Part shown: positions 23,287 to 35,559 of the stretch, one piece after another
How the letters are laid out: each line of letters starts with the position of its first letter
Numbering within the stretch: the stretch's first letter is position 1
Source: Stylophora pistillata
Taxonomy: Eukaryota
Assembly (NCBI RefSeq): GCF_002571385.2
Contig: NW_019218217.1
Span: forward strand, 104,960-168,959
Reading direction: 5' to 3'
DNA: 64,000 nucleotides
Program-made: the position numbers and the translations under genes
Notes under the pieces: model-generated
What the model was told of the DNA's origin: nothing
The model's database searches: none
The model's input: only the letters and a program-made list of their open reading frames with translations

Positions 23287-26200
23287 TATGGGGGCCCGTT
23301 CTGGTCAGAATTATATTAATTATTTTGACTAATACAGAATTAATAAAACTTTTTGTTCAGTTATTTTTGTGGTGTCTTATAAATAATTATATCCACTCTT
23401 CCAACTATTTTTACATATTTGACATCTTATTTTCTACTTCTTTTAAGTCTGGAATTAATTTTACCTTATTTTTTTTTCATTCCTTTCTTCAATTATTTTG
23501 TCCTATATGCACGAATTTCTCAGCAAATCCCATATCTCATTGCGGGCTGAGGGGAATCCCATACGCCATTGCTCACCCTCATACAATATGAAACACAAAA
23601 AAAAAACAATGTGGCGGCTGGTGCATGTGCAGCGATTCTCAGAAGGATGAAATTATCAGAATTGCAGAAAGTGCAATAGAAACTCTAACTCAACTTTCAA
23701 ACGTAGTGGGAAGATCAAACCCTGCTCCATTTCCAGCTCGAAGTATTAGGTGCAGTTCGCGTTCAGAAAACGCCGTCGATGAACTTCATCGCAGATTTCC
23801 AACTGCAGGTCAAAGATTTTCCAGAGGTTCAAGGTCAAATTATCCGCCAACTTGGGGGAAGTTGTATATGGATATTTTCAGTAATACAAATTCGTCAACA
23901 TTACCTTGTTTAACACTAATGCTCTTTTTGTTTCATCACTTTTACCAAAGCATGGAAATATTTATAATTATATAATTTTACATCTGACTGATGTAGAGAA
24001 ATTGATTGGAAAGTCAGCAAATAGAGTAAAAATGGCACTTCTGTTATTCAGACAATAACTACCAGTGCTGTCTCACTATGCAGATGATTTCTTTTTCTGA
24101 TGACTGTTTGATCAGCATTTAACTGTTTGGACAAACTGTTTTACAGACAAGGCCTCTCTTTTGGTGTTACTGGAAAAACTCTCAAAAAATTCCCACATAT
24201 TGTCACATGGGGTTCACTGAGATCCAATCAACATTTGACTTTTGAAACAAGGAATGGTTTGCATTTTCAACTTCCATTTGAACAGTGGATCTATTGAAAG
24301 GAGTGATTAAAGGAAATTTTTCAGAATAAGTTTACCTATAGCATAGATGCTTGACCTATTTTGACTGTTATAATTGTGGATGCACTTGACCTAGAGAAAA
24401 CAGTGTAGGATTGCGTTTACTACTTGGCTGTTGTAAGAAGTTAATATGGGATACATGCATTGAGTTTTTACAGAAAATGTCCATACCTCCTTCACCATCA
24501 GTCAAAACGTCTACCCTGCTACCACCCACCTTCTAAGACAATATTCATAATAAATTACAAAGTCCCCACCCTGACTGGGTATGGATATTTTCTAGTATCA
24601 TTGATGCTTCTTGTTTATTGTTCCTGTTTGTATAGTAAAGTAGTTTTAATCCAAGAGAAATAAAATTAGAATAAAATTGACTCACAACGCACACCGTCTG
24701 CCTCCATGGAAACTGGAACAGAAATCTTGTATTAAAATGCTGTCCCTAGCTTACTCTAAGTGATTCAATAAATGGAACACACATCTAATGCCTACATCCA
24801 GATATCTTCCATCTTCTCATTATGCTGTCAATGTTGCTTGATTTACATGGTCTAAAGCTCTACCTCAAGAAAGAATGAATTAACTCTACACATTGCTTGA
24901 AAATATGAACTCCACAGTTCTCATCATTTTGCAGTGTACTTGGCATTTGGGTTAACTGTTGCTCAGTTAACTCAATTGTTGGAGGGATAACATTAACCTG
25001 GTAATCGTCTCTTTAACTAACAGTGCACCCTCTAGATCCACCCCAAAGTTTTAAATTTCTTCTGATGAAAGTGCACTGTGCCCAGAATGGATGTTCTCTA
25101 ACATTCCCTTTTCCTACATCTGTAAGGGTGATTGGTTGTTTTAAGTTAAAACTGGGTAATTGTTCATTTGCTGAATAAACTCATTCAAAGATCTACTGAT
25201 CCTGAGAACATAGACATGGTGAAGGCTGAATAAATGAACATCATCCGATATGTCAAGAATGCTTTCATCTTCCATTGCCTCAAAAATGCGTGAATAAAAG
25301 GCGAGCACCCAAGAGTAAACATTTCGATGAGCTCTTTCAACTCTGGAGTTGTGCACTGAGGATCCAGTAATTATGCTTACTCTGCCTTCTCCATGGTGTT
25401 CAATCATGTATTGGCCAACATAGAATTTTTCCATTCCATAGTCACAGCGAACACGTGAAGGTAGTCCCCACCGTTCCACCCCATTTTGGAACAAAGAGAG
25501 CACTGTATCAGCCTTGCCATTGTTGCAGCATGAAACATAAACTAACAATCTGGTCTTGCCATCCATGCAAACATGAGTGATTAGTTTGTACCGTAGAAGT
25601 TTATGCCCAGAATCTATATGCCAAAGGCTGTTAGGTGTTGGAACAAAATATTTTCTGCGATGAATTGTCATTCTCCATCGCAAAGCAGTGCCAATGGGAT
25701 CAACGCGGCGTAAGCACTCGCTAACTTTCCATCTTTGAATTCGTAAACCACGGCTTTTCAATGCACCAATGAACCTCCTCCTTCCCATATTAGGGGTGAG
25801 GGGGCCTTCACGTGAGTTACCTCTTACACTTGCATAAATCTGATCTATTTCATAATCTGTTATGTCTGAATAACGTTCAAATTCATCACTGAGCCCAAAC
25901 TCCCTGCGCCTTCGCTGGATGGTAGAAACACTCACCTGCAGCATATTTGCTATTTTTTTCCAAGAGAAAAAAGTGAGCGCAAGTGTTCGAGCTGGTCCCT
26001 AGAGATGTCAAAACGTCTCCGTTCAGGTCCAAACTGCGCTGTTGTCACAGATGTCGAAAAAGCAGTGCCCTGATCAGAATTTTCAGCCTGCTGTCTACTC
26101 TCTATCTGGGCTGGCAACATGTTAATCATTTGAGCCACAAACTCGTTTAACTTCTGAAGGGGTGCTTGTAAATTACTTGCCGGTAAACCTGTTGGGTTGG

Positions 26201-26707
26201 GGTCACCTCTTTCCAAATCAACAATTAACAAAGACAAAGTCCCTCTGGCATCTAGCAGATGATGTCTTCCTTCAACTGAAGCATCGGTTGTTAAATTTCC
26301 ATTCCCAGGAGTCAGGAAAAGCCGAAACACTGCCTTCAAATTTTGCTGAAAATTACGAAAACCTCGCTCATTTCTCTCTCGAAAAACTACGTTTCTGGCC
26401 GCCATCTTGGAATTATTCTCAGGGGCTATGGTTTCAACTCAGCCCGCAATGAGATATGGGATTTGCTGAGAAATTCGTGCATGTAGGAAAAAATAATTGA
26501 AGAAAGGAATGAAATAAAAATGACACAAGTAAAGTTAATTCCAGACTTAAAAGAAGTAAAAAATAAGATGTCAAATACGTAAAAATAATTCGAAGAGTGG
26601 ATATAATTATTTATAAGACACCACAAAAAATAACTGAACAAAAAGTTTTATTAATTCTGTATTAGTCAAAATAATTAATATGATTTTGACCAGAATGGGC
26701 CCCCATA
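23287..26707 (-). mobile_element. IS3EU-like DNA transposon with ~265-bp TIRs and integrase-type DDE transposase
   Basis: TIR 23287-23551 versus 26438-26707 (TATGGGG...CCCCATA); CTTCTCG duplicated on both flanks. Confidence 0.8.
24890..26405 (-). pseudogene. IS3-family-like integrase-core transposase with N-terminal HTH (frameshifted)
   Basis: VSVSTIQRRRREFGL (HTH), PNSLWHIDSGHKL, MDGKTR, GLPSRVRCDYGME, GSSVHNSRVERAHRNV. Confidence 0.85.
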
Positions 26708-27419
26708 CTTCTCGTGTTACTTAACGAATATTATTCTGTTTTCGTAAGGTAATGCGAGCTCTCGTGTCTCAATATCTGATTGAGAATTCTTCTAATCGAA
26801 GACTTTCTCATACCAGAGATTTGCAAACAGTAAGTTGTAACATCATCTCGATCGAAGCGTGATTGATTTTCAACGGATGCTTCTTGGGCCTGTTTTATAC
26901 CGTTGCTCTTCAAAAACGTTAAACGGATTCAAGTAACAGTTAAACGGATGGATTTTTTTTAAACGGATAGGTTAACCGTTTAAACGTTTTGTCGAAAACG
27001 TTAAACGGATGAGCAAAGCGTTTAAACGGATGAAGAAAGCATTTAAACGCTTGATGATCCGTTTTAAACGGATAATAAACGGATAGTAAACGGATTATTT
27101 CGTTAAACGGTAAAGCGTTAGTGTACGAAATCCTGTGCCCGGTCACATATGTTATAAATATGGAAAGTGAAAAAGCTATTTTTACTCGTCGTAAATTTTT
27201 GGTAATACTGATAAAGGTTTAAAACCAATTCTAAAACTAAGAGATCCAAATTTACCTGTTGACGTTAACCGAATTATTTTAGAAAATTTCGGTTCGGATT
27301 TTATGAAATTGAATGTAAGAAATTATCGTCACCATCCAGTTTTTAAAGAATGCTTTTGCTTGTCCAGATAAAAGTGTTTGCGAAATTTATAATTGTATTC
27401 ATGAATTATATACCGGTAC

Positions 27420-27600
27420 TCATGGTAAAGGAATACGTATTCGTTGGTCTGTTGTTGAATATGATCCATCTAATTATAATGGTGCTGCTGCTCATAGATT
27501 AGTTTATGAATGTTTTAATGGTTTGATTCCAAAAGGAAGGAAAATTTATTTTAGAGATAAAGATCAGAGTAACTTGAGACTGGATAATTAAAAGATTTCT
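27420..27600 (+). pseudogene. HNH endonuclease-like remnant inside the Polinton
   Basis: AHRLVYECFNGLIPKGRKIYFRDKDQSNLRLDN matches the HNH_3-type pattern, with the catalytic His degenerate. Confidence 0.6.
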
Positions 27601-30600
27601 TCTGGAAAAGGATGCTTAGAATATCTTGCAGCACAAAGTGAATATAATAAGTGGTTAAAAACTGTATGTACTGTTTGAATGGCAAGATGGATTCTCTGCA
27701 ATTTGATAAAAATATTCATATAATGATGATAATGAGATAGAGAAAGATATGTGTGACTACAGTTGAAGGTTTCAATAATTTTATGAGTCTAAATGACGTT
27801 AAAAATGGTAAAGTGGTATCTATTTTGAAAAGAATGTATGTGAATGTGGTGAAAATGTTATGAATAATAATGACAAGAGTTTTCTTCATTTACTAGGTAA
27901 TAAATTTGCCGTGATTAAGCAGTTTTTGATTGATAATGTCATTGTTTCTGAAGATGATGTTGTATGTTATGGTGTGTGAAATGTATGTAAAACTAATTTA
28001 TATAGTTAAAATAATATAGTATGTGTGATTATAACAATTATTCACTTTGGATTGGTAAATAACAATTGTGATGCATGCAGACAGATTTTGAGAAAGAAGA
28101 TCAAAAAGACTTCAGGAGATGAAAAAAGAAATTGATAAGATTATGTGATGATAATATTCATGAAGGTTTAGTTGATATTGGAGATAATTGCCCTTTTTGT
28201 ATGGAGTTGATTTTATGTTAAAGGCATTGCAGTTGATTCGATAGTTTGTTGATCAAATTATTTCCTGGTTGTTGAATTGTTATTTTTCACTGCTTCTTGA
28301 ATTTTGATTTCTTTTTTCAAATTTCACTTTTTCATCAATTAGACTAATGCATTTTCATTTCTATTGTAAGTGAAAAATGTATTGTAAGTTTCCACTCAAA
28401 AATTATTTCTATATAATTCTTCAGCACCATAAAACAACATAACTTTGGAAATTGTCAATGTAAGCGATTCCACTTTTGTTTTCTAATATCAAGTCAAAAT
28501 AAAGATAATTGGTTGTTGGTTTATTATATTTATGCAAGTCAATTTTGTTTCGAGTGGACTTTTGCAAATGTTTTGGTGCTGTGCATTCAATAGTTTCAAT
28601 GGCTGAGATTACACCAATTGTTACATTTTGGTAATTGATGTTGTCACCTTCCCAAAACATTTCAAAGGAAAGTGTATATACTCCTGTTGGTAAAGTGCAC
28701 AAACTCAGACCAAACCTGCTCGAATAATGTCTTTTTTGATTCATTGAGATGAAATGTGAATGGTTTGACTTCTTGTTGAATTTATAGTTTCAAGTCTTTT
28801 TCAGTGAATGGTGCTCCTATAATGTCATATTTTAATAGTTATTTTTCTTCTGTGCCATTGATTGCATGTGATTATCTGTCTTCGACGTACAATTGATAGT
28901 TAGTTTTGATTGTACTATGTTCACTTTGCAGAAAGTTTTTGTTGACTACCTGATCATTTGCAGTTGGATTTGTAACTGAGCCTATTATTGTATTTTTTGC
29001 ATCATAACCGTTTTTAACTGAAGAAAATTTGAGAAGATTGCTTTCATCCACTTGTGTTGTATAATTGTCTCTCAAATATTTGAGATTGACAGCATCCTGG
29101 TCATTAATTTTTCAGGATTTTTTAGAGATATAAGTTTGTTGTTATTAATGTCAAGATTATTTCTCATTTTCACACTTCCATCACTTTTTAAATCACCTTG
29201 CTACTTGAAATTTTTTAATCAACATAAGATTTATTTGCTGCATCAGAAGCAGTTGATGTATTTTTGACATAATTTTTATTTGATTGAATGTCCAGTCATT
29301 GACATCACCTGTGAAATTTTCCTCTCCTTTCAAAACTTTGTTGATTATGATGTATCTGTGTAAGATTTTGGAATTCCATCTGATACATGTAATTTGTGCT
29401 TGTGGAATATTTAACAATCTTTTGTTATTGAAATTCAGATTCCCTTTAAGAGTTCTGCCAGAAAGTGGAAAATAGTTGCCAATTGTATGTGAAGAAACAT
29501 GTGATTCAAGTAAATAGAGATTTTGTCATTGCTGAATTATTTGTTAATTATTCCTTCTCTGAGATCGATTGCTTTGTTATTTTTTTGCATCATACTTATT
29601 ACCTGAAGAGTTTGAATATTCAATAAATCTGTTTGCTCATATATTATAAGGAAAATTGTTTAAAATGAAATTATAATTGACTGCATGGTAGATAGTAACT
29701 GGATCCGGCAAAACTATTTGGTTAAATCCATTCATATCAATTGACACCACTCGTTTTAGTCCACCACTTAAAATGCCGGGGCCAAACCACCCCTCAAATC
29801 GGTCATCTGAGTGTCCCAAATAAATTTTCAATATGGCGGCCAAAATGCGTGCAAAGGCTTCTGGCCTGAATTTCTTCGATCTCTCCTCCAGACCAGCCGA
29901 GAAAAATCTCGCCGTGTGAAGACTGGGTACCTTAAACAGAGAAACGGCGGGCAAACTCATTTTCTAGAGGAGACAAGCTTTGTTTTGGTATGTAAACTGC
30001 AAGGGTTATTCTTGAAGCGCCCTTGTTTGGGGCATGCTTGGAGGGGTAAAAGAAGACAATATACTTGTCGAAGTGGGCAGCGAAAGGTGAGTTTGTAACT
30101 ATATTTTTTTGGACTGTATGTAGTTTACGAGAAAAAAGTAAAATGATAGGATTTTAGTTCGATTCTTCCTTTGTTAAAGAGTTTGATTTTGCGTCCCAAA
30201 TAGCATTTGATGAAAAAAATAAATCATTGGTGTTTCAGCATACTGCGTGGAGTGAAAAGTAAAACGTCGATTTAATATTGGTGCGTACCAACATGCCAAA
30301 AAGATTGCCATACAAAATGCGCGGGCCGAACAATCCAGAGCTGTTGAGGCCCTCAGAAATTGTCTTGTTGAGAAGGAAGGGGAGTTGGAAGAGCTCACGA
30401 AAATGCTGAATACTAAACACAAAGAAAATAGAGAGAAGAAAAAGAAAGGTAAGAAGTTTTTAATTGCATATTTTCTATAATATATCAGCAAGTTTGTAGT
30501 GGCAGGATATCTTAGCAGGCTTTACTGAGCTTTTCAACTAAAATTCTTTTTAATTACTCAAATATTTTAGAAGAATAGATATTCATAAAGTAAAAACACA

Positions 30601-33600
30601 TTTTAATTGTCAATTCAGTTTCAAAATTTAGTTTTGTATGATGCATTTCATGTGCTTTGTGCTGTTACTATGCAGATGGAGTAATTTGCAGGTGTATGTG
30701 CACACACAGCTTTAGGTTTAGCTCTAACCCAGTTAACCATAATACCGGTTTACAGAGTGACACCTCCAGCAGTTTGCACCATCCAGATTAGGTGTATACT
30801 TGAATGATATTAGTGAGATCACAGACTATTTTTTTAGATAGAGGTAGTATTATGTTTACAAAGTTATGTTAATGAGTTAGTTAGGAAATGCTCTTTTAAA
30901 AGCTCACAGAAATTGAGAACAATACACAACAGTGTGAACACCCAAGTATACCAGGAAAAATGAGGAGGCCGTCTGTGATCAGTAAAATCAATCCAGCAGA
31001 TAGTGAAATACTGAGTTTATCAGCAAGCCAGTTCAGGCGACGAAGACAGGAAACAGTTGATGCTGTAAAAGCAATCCACTGTGACAGTCATGTTTACACT
31101 TCTGAGAAAGAACAAACAAAATCAATAAAAGATGGCCATTGGGCAACTTTGATTACCTCAGCAGAAACTGGAGAGATGAGAGAGTATATATCCAATTGCA
31201 AGAAATGCATGGATTCAATTGTTCCAAGCATTGTGAACAGCAAGGTCGAAGAATATGAAGGAGCCAAGCAAACAAAATTAGAAGCATGCGAGTACTTTAT
31301 GAAAGTAGGCTGCTTGGAAAGAGAAAATACGCCAGCATAAGAAATAGTTCTGATGTCTTAAATGAGTCAGGGGGAAGGGAAAAAAATCAGAAAGCAGAAT
31401 TTCTTCCAGGGGTTGAAGTGCCTAAAATTTTACCCAATAAAAATCTGATGTCATTTTTGAAAACTATTGATGTCGGAGAACTGAGAGATTTACAAACACT
31501 AGCCACAGAGCTATCTACAGAATGTGTTCCTGGTGTTTACAGACCACTTAAACCATATCTCTTAAAGCTAGCTGACTTGTATATGAATCTTCATAAACAA
31601 ATCCCCATACTTCATTGGTTTCATGGTGAAGAGGGACTATTCTGGGTTGCTATAGGGGCAGATGGTGCACCATTTGGTGAAGATGTTTGCGCCACTGGTA
31701 AGCATGTATAGTTAGTTTAGAATAGCATGAATGGCCAGTATAGGTAAAATCACTGCAAGAAACTTTTGAATTGCCAGTATATCTTTTAGAGCTTAGTTGT
31801 ACCTAAGGATACTGTGAACTATCTTTCACATGCATTTCATTGTAAATAAAGATGGGTCCATATTAATAATATTAATATTCTTATATTTAATACTTTTTTA
31901 TATCACTTGAGGGCACCATAACATAGTTCTGGTAGTGAATACTTCTACTGTACTGATATTGATCTGTTATGTTCTTATAATCAACCTTGCAGCCTACTTA
32001 GTCGGTTTCCTAAACCTGCTAAATCGCACCCAGAGCTGCAATGAAAATCACCTGCTGCTGAGAGCCAACTGTCAAGAGGACCACCCTTTGATGAAAGCCT
32101 ACACCCAACAACTTACAAAAGAAATGGAAGAAGTGGAAAATAAACTGTTGACCACTGAGAAGGGATATCAAGTAAGGTTTACCATCAAATTAATTCCTTC
32201 AGACATGAAGTGGGCCTCCTCTTTCTCAGGAGAGTTGAACAATGCGGCAACGTATTTTTCCCCATTTGCAAATGTCTCGCAAAGCAACAAGCTAGCACAT
32301 AATGTTTGGCACCATAGGAGGTTCAGATGGAACCTGGCAGCCACGGAGTTATGAAAAGAGATTAGAAGTGGCGAGAGAATTTCAAAATTTTAAAAAGCGT
32401 CTCACAGATCCGGACAAGAAGCAGAGGGGTGAAGTAACAAAATTCATACCACAAAACAAATCCAGGTAGAGTATTTGATGCCACTCAATTAATTTTGCTC
32501 TTATTTAAAATTTTTAAAAGCAGTTTGATTTTTTGATTTTTTTTTTTGGTCTACTCTTAATCTTACATTTACTTTACCTAACCTTTCCAGGCAGAAGTTT
32601 GCACCACCCCTTGGAAAATAAGTTAACTTGATAAAGCCTGATCCATTGCACAGCATCAACAATGGTTGGCAACAGCGGTTTAACAATTGCTTGACTTTTT
32701 CCATGCAGCACACCAATCCTAATCAATTGAAGGCTGTAGTAGTTTTATCAGATTTGCCAACTTTCTGCCCTCTAGTGACGTTCTTTAATTGTATAAAAGA
32801 ACGCATGAAGTGTGGACGTCTGTACAAAAATTTTTGCCTTTGGTATTCTGAGAAACGAAAGAGAGGGCTTCCATACAGTTATCGTTTTACAGGTTTAGAG
32901 TCCAAGAGATTTTATTGGCACTTTGGGCTTCTAATTGAAGTCCTCTTAGGCATTGCCAATATTTCAAATTCAATTAAAGTAAAACTGCATGACTTAGCTT
33001 TTTCAGCTTTACAATTACGAGACAGTGGGTCACTGTTTTCAAGGGTGGAAATTAGTAGAAAACAGTTGGTAGAGCTTATAAGCAAGTGCCAACTGTATTT
33101 CAATAATCATTCCCTTTTGCTTGGTGGCATTAACCCCACAACTTGGACAATTGGATATGCCATCTCCTACTGCACCCAACAACTGTTCAAGGAGAGTGGG
33201 TTTGGACTTGGATTAAATTCCAAGCAGGGGAGAGAAGCCAAACATATTAAATTAGCGGCTTATGTACAAAACACTTGGAATTTAAACAAAAACCAGAGGT
33301 GTAAATACTGAGACAGTTTGTTAATAGCCTAGATAGAACAGTTCGTTAATTGTACCAAGCTGGGCAGTAACATCTGCAGGTGCTACAATAAAACTGACTC
33401 TTTTTTGGTTAACAGCATCTGTCGTGGAAACTAAGCAATAATTTTAATGGTTCTGATCACAATTGACTGAAACAACATTTGTAGAATACCAAATTTAAAT
33501 ATTATAGCATCTGAATTTCATTTGTTAGCTACACTGGAAACAATAATCTGAAATCCAATCCAACTCACATAAGCTATTTGTCCGATAACAATAATGTATC

Positions 33601-33854
33601 ACATGCTGTAAAAATCCTAACATTTAAATCCCTTAACAAAACAAATTTCAACCAAAACGAAACACCAAAACCTATGACAAAAACTGCATAGTTTCTATAA
33701 TCTAATTCATGTGTATTTATGGCATAAAACTCCAATATTCCATGCCATTGTCATTTATGTAAACAAAACAGTACTTTTCTAGCTATACAACCTCTTACAA
33801 GCCAAAAATTAATGTTGTGGCACTCCATGCCCATTCCAAAAGCCATAATGGAAA

Positions 33855-34400
33855 TTAACTGAGAACACTTCTGAATCTTTTGTTGTATCTAAACTTTAGT
33901 GGTTTGCCGTTGTGAACAATAACCTCACATCTCCCATTAGTTTTGGTAGGTTTCTTTTTCAGTAGATCATCCTTGGCTATAGCTTGACTCTCAATGTTAA
34001 TTTTGTCAAAGATAAAAACAGCTTTATTTATCCGTGTTACTTCCACATTAACCACAGCTGTAGACTCCCTGCACTGATGCCCGTAACTGTCTCTTTGTAT
34101 AATATGTTTCAAAAGGACATCAAAATTCTCTCGCGGAATATCGAGGGAAAATTCACCATTCCAAGGGTATGTTAGACTGGGTGTTGGTCGAAGTCTACTG
34201 ACAATCTTCGTATGGATCTTCTTTAGAGCATTAATAACCATTCTTTAGGTCCCAACAAGTCGTTGAATTTCTTTGTTCCGCGATTCACCCACATATTTTT
34301 CCTCCAACATTCCTATTGCCGTCTCTACTTCATGATAAAATCTGGAGATGGTGTGCATCGTAGCCGAACTTTCAGTTTGAGATAGATAATCGCGCATATT
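33855..34400 (-). pseudogene. Second ORF of the Chapaev3-like element, unknown function
   Basis: 128-aa ORF extends upstream through one stop (MRDYLSQ...IQRLVGT*RMVINALK); lies tail-to-tail with the transposase inside the TIRs. Confidence 0.5.
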
Positions 34401-34436
34401 TCTCCGCAAACACCTGTTAATTCTCCGAGGAGGGTT

Positions 34437-34793
34437 TGTTGTTGTTGTTGTTCATTTATTTGTTTTAGCAGGTTGATTAATTTGGCAGCTGTAATAGCTG
34501 ATGTGGACCTGCTGTCCTAACCCACCCATCCCACCCCAGGGGAGGACATCCATCACACAGTAATCTCGTGTGTGGGAAATTAACGTCTCCTGCCCCAACC
34601 CTGCAGGAGACGGGACCTCCATTTATTCGTCCCTATCCGAGAAGACTAGAATATCTAACCATTTCTTGATGTTATAGAAAGGTAGCAAATTCTTCTCAAT
34701 TATTTTAAGGCCTTGAGTATTGGTCCGGCCGGGGCTCGAACCCTCGACCTCCCGCACTACAGTCCAGCGCTCTATCCATTGAGCTAACCGGGA
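34437..34793 (-). mobile_element. tRNA-derived SINE
   Basis: Head ggttagctcaatggatagagcg (A box) ... gggttcgagccc (B box); central domain shared with 60690-60925; (CAA)n tail. Confidence 0.85.
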
Positions 34794-35559
34794 GCTTTCT
34801 TTAGAACAGCTTTCTTTAGAACAGGTCCTCCGCTATGTTGTGTTGTACCCATGACACAGTGCGCGCCTCCAATGACCGATTTGAGGGGTGGTTTGGCCCC
34901 GGCGCGTAATGGTAAATAATTTGTGCTTGACGGGAGTTGAAACGTGTGAGTCTATATTTATAAGCTTTATTTGCAGCATCTTTAGAATTTGTTGGATCAG
35001 AAATGTTGAATATCTCTTTCTTCCTTGCATTGAAACTTGTAGCTGGAGTAATAGAAAGTATTTTTCAAGGCTTTTTTCCATCAATTTCTGTTTGAGAATC
35101 TTCATTCAATGTCTTGTTAAATTGCATATAAACTAAATCTTGCTAATAAATTATAAGATTTGAAAGACAATGCTGTTTTTTTTAATTTTTAAATAATAAC
35201 ACTGGAATAATTTATGATCCTAATCTTGTGTATTCTTTCATGTTCGCTATCTCTTTTGAACCCATATAAATATCACCACTCATAGTGCCATCAGAAAGAG
35301 ATAGATATTATCGTTACCACCTGTATGGCCTTGTAATTTTCTCAAACTGACGGCATCAGTGGTTTGTTTAAAAACAAATTATGTTTTGGAGTGCTTTTTA
35401 GTGGGCTTTTTTTGCTTAATATTAGTCCACTGCCCGTTTTTTTTCTTTCGAAGATCATTTTTTGTTTCTTTGATACACCTCTTCCAATGGTATCCTGATG
35501 TGGCCAGTTTACTAAAAAAGGTGTTGCCATTGACATAATTTGACCATTATTACTTTTTT

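Larger units (their letters stand above)
22386..27149. mobile_element. Non-autonomous TIR element (TATGTGACC termini, IS3EU-like) with subterminal TTAAACGG repeats; host of the inner element
   Basis: TIR tatgtgaccgggcacaggatttcgtacactaacgct at both ends; TGTTA duplicated at 22381-22385 and 27150-27154; arrays of ttaaacggat at both subtermini. Confidence 0.8.
29772..34906 (+). mobile_element. Chapaev3-like (Transib/RAG1 clan) DNA transposon with intron-containing transposase and a convergent second ORF
   Basis: TIR gccggggccaaaccacccctcaaatcggtcat at both ends; 3-bp TSD TAA (29769-29771, 34907-34909); motifs IGADGAPFG, IPSDMKW, PDPLH, GLNSKQGREAKH in RAG1/Transib D-D-E order. Confidence 0.7.
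28380..35330 (-). pseudogene. Polinton fibre-like repeat protein, split by the Chapaev3-like insertion
   Basis: Repeats YLSLSDGTMSGDIYMGSKEIANM, KEIFNISDPTNSKDAANKAY, NYFPLSGRTLKGNLNFNNKRLLNI, IGSVTNPTANDQVVNKNF. Removing 29772-34909 restores NYLPLSGG. Confidence 0.65.

Noticed and set aside
34720-34793. tRNA gene
   Set aside because: The tRNA-like head continues into a SINE body and tail; no clean cloverleaf or terminator.
34855-34861. CACAGTG RSS heptamer near the end of the RAG1-like element
   Set aside because: Internal to the TIR, not mirrored at the left end, and no nonamer at 12/23 spacing; likely chance.
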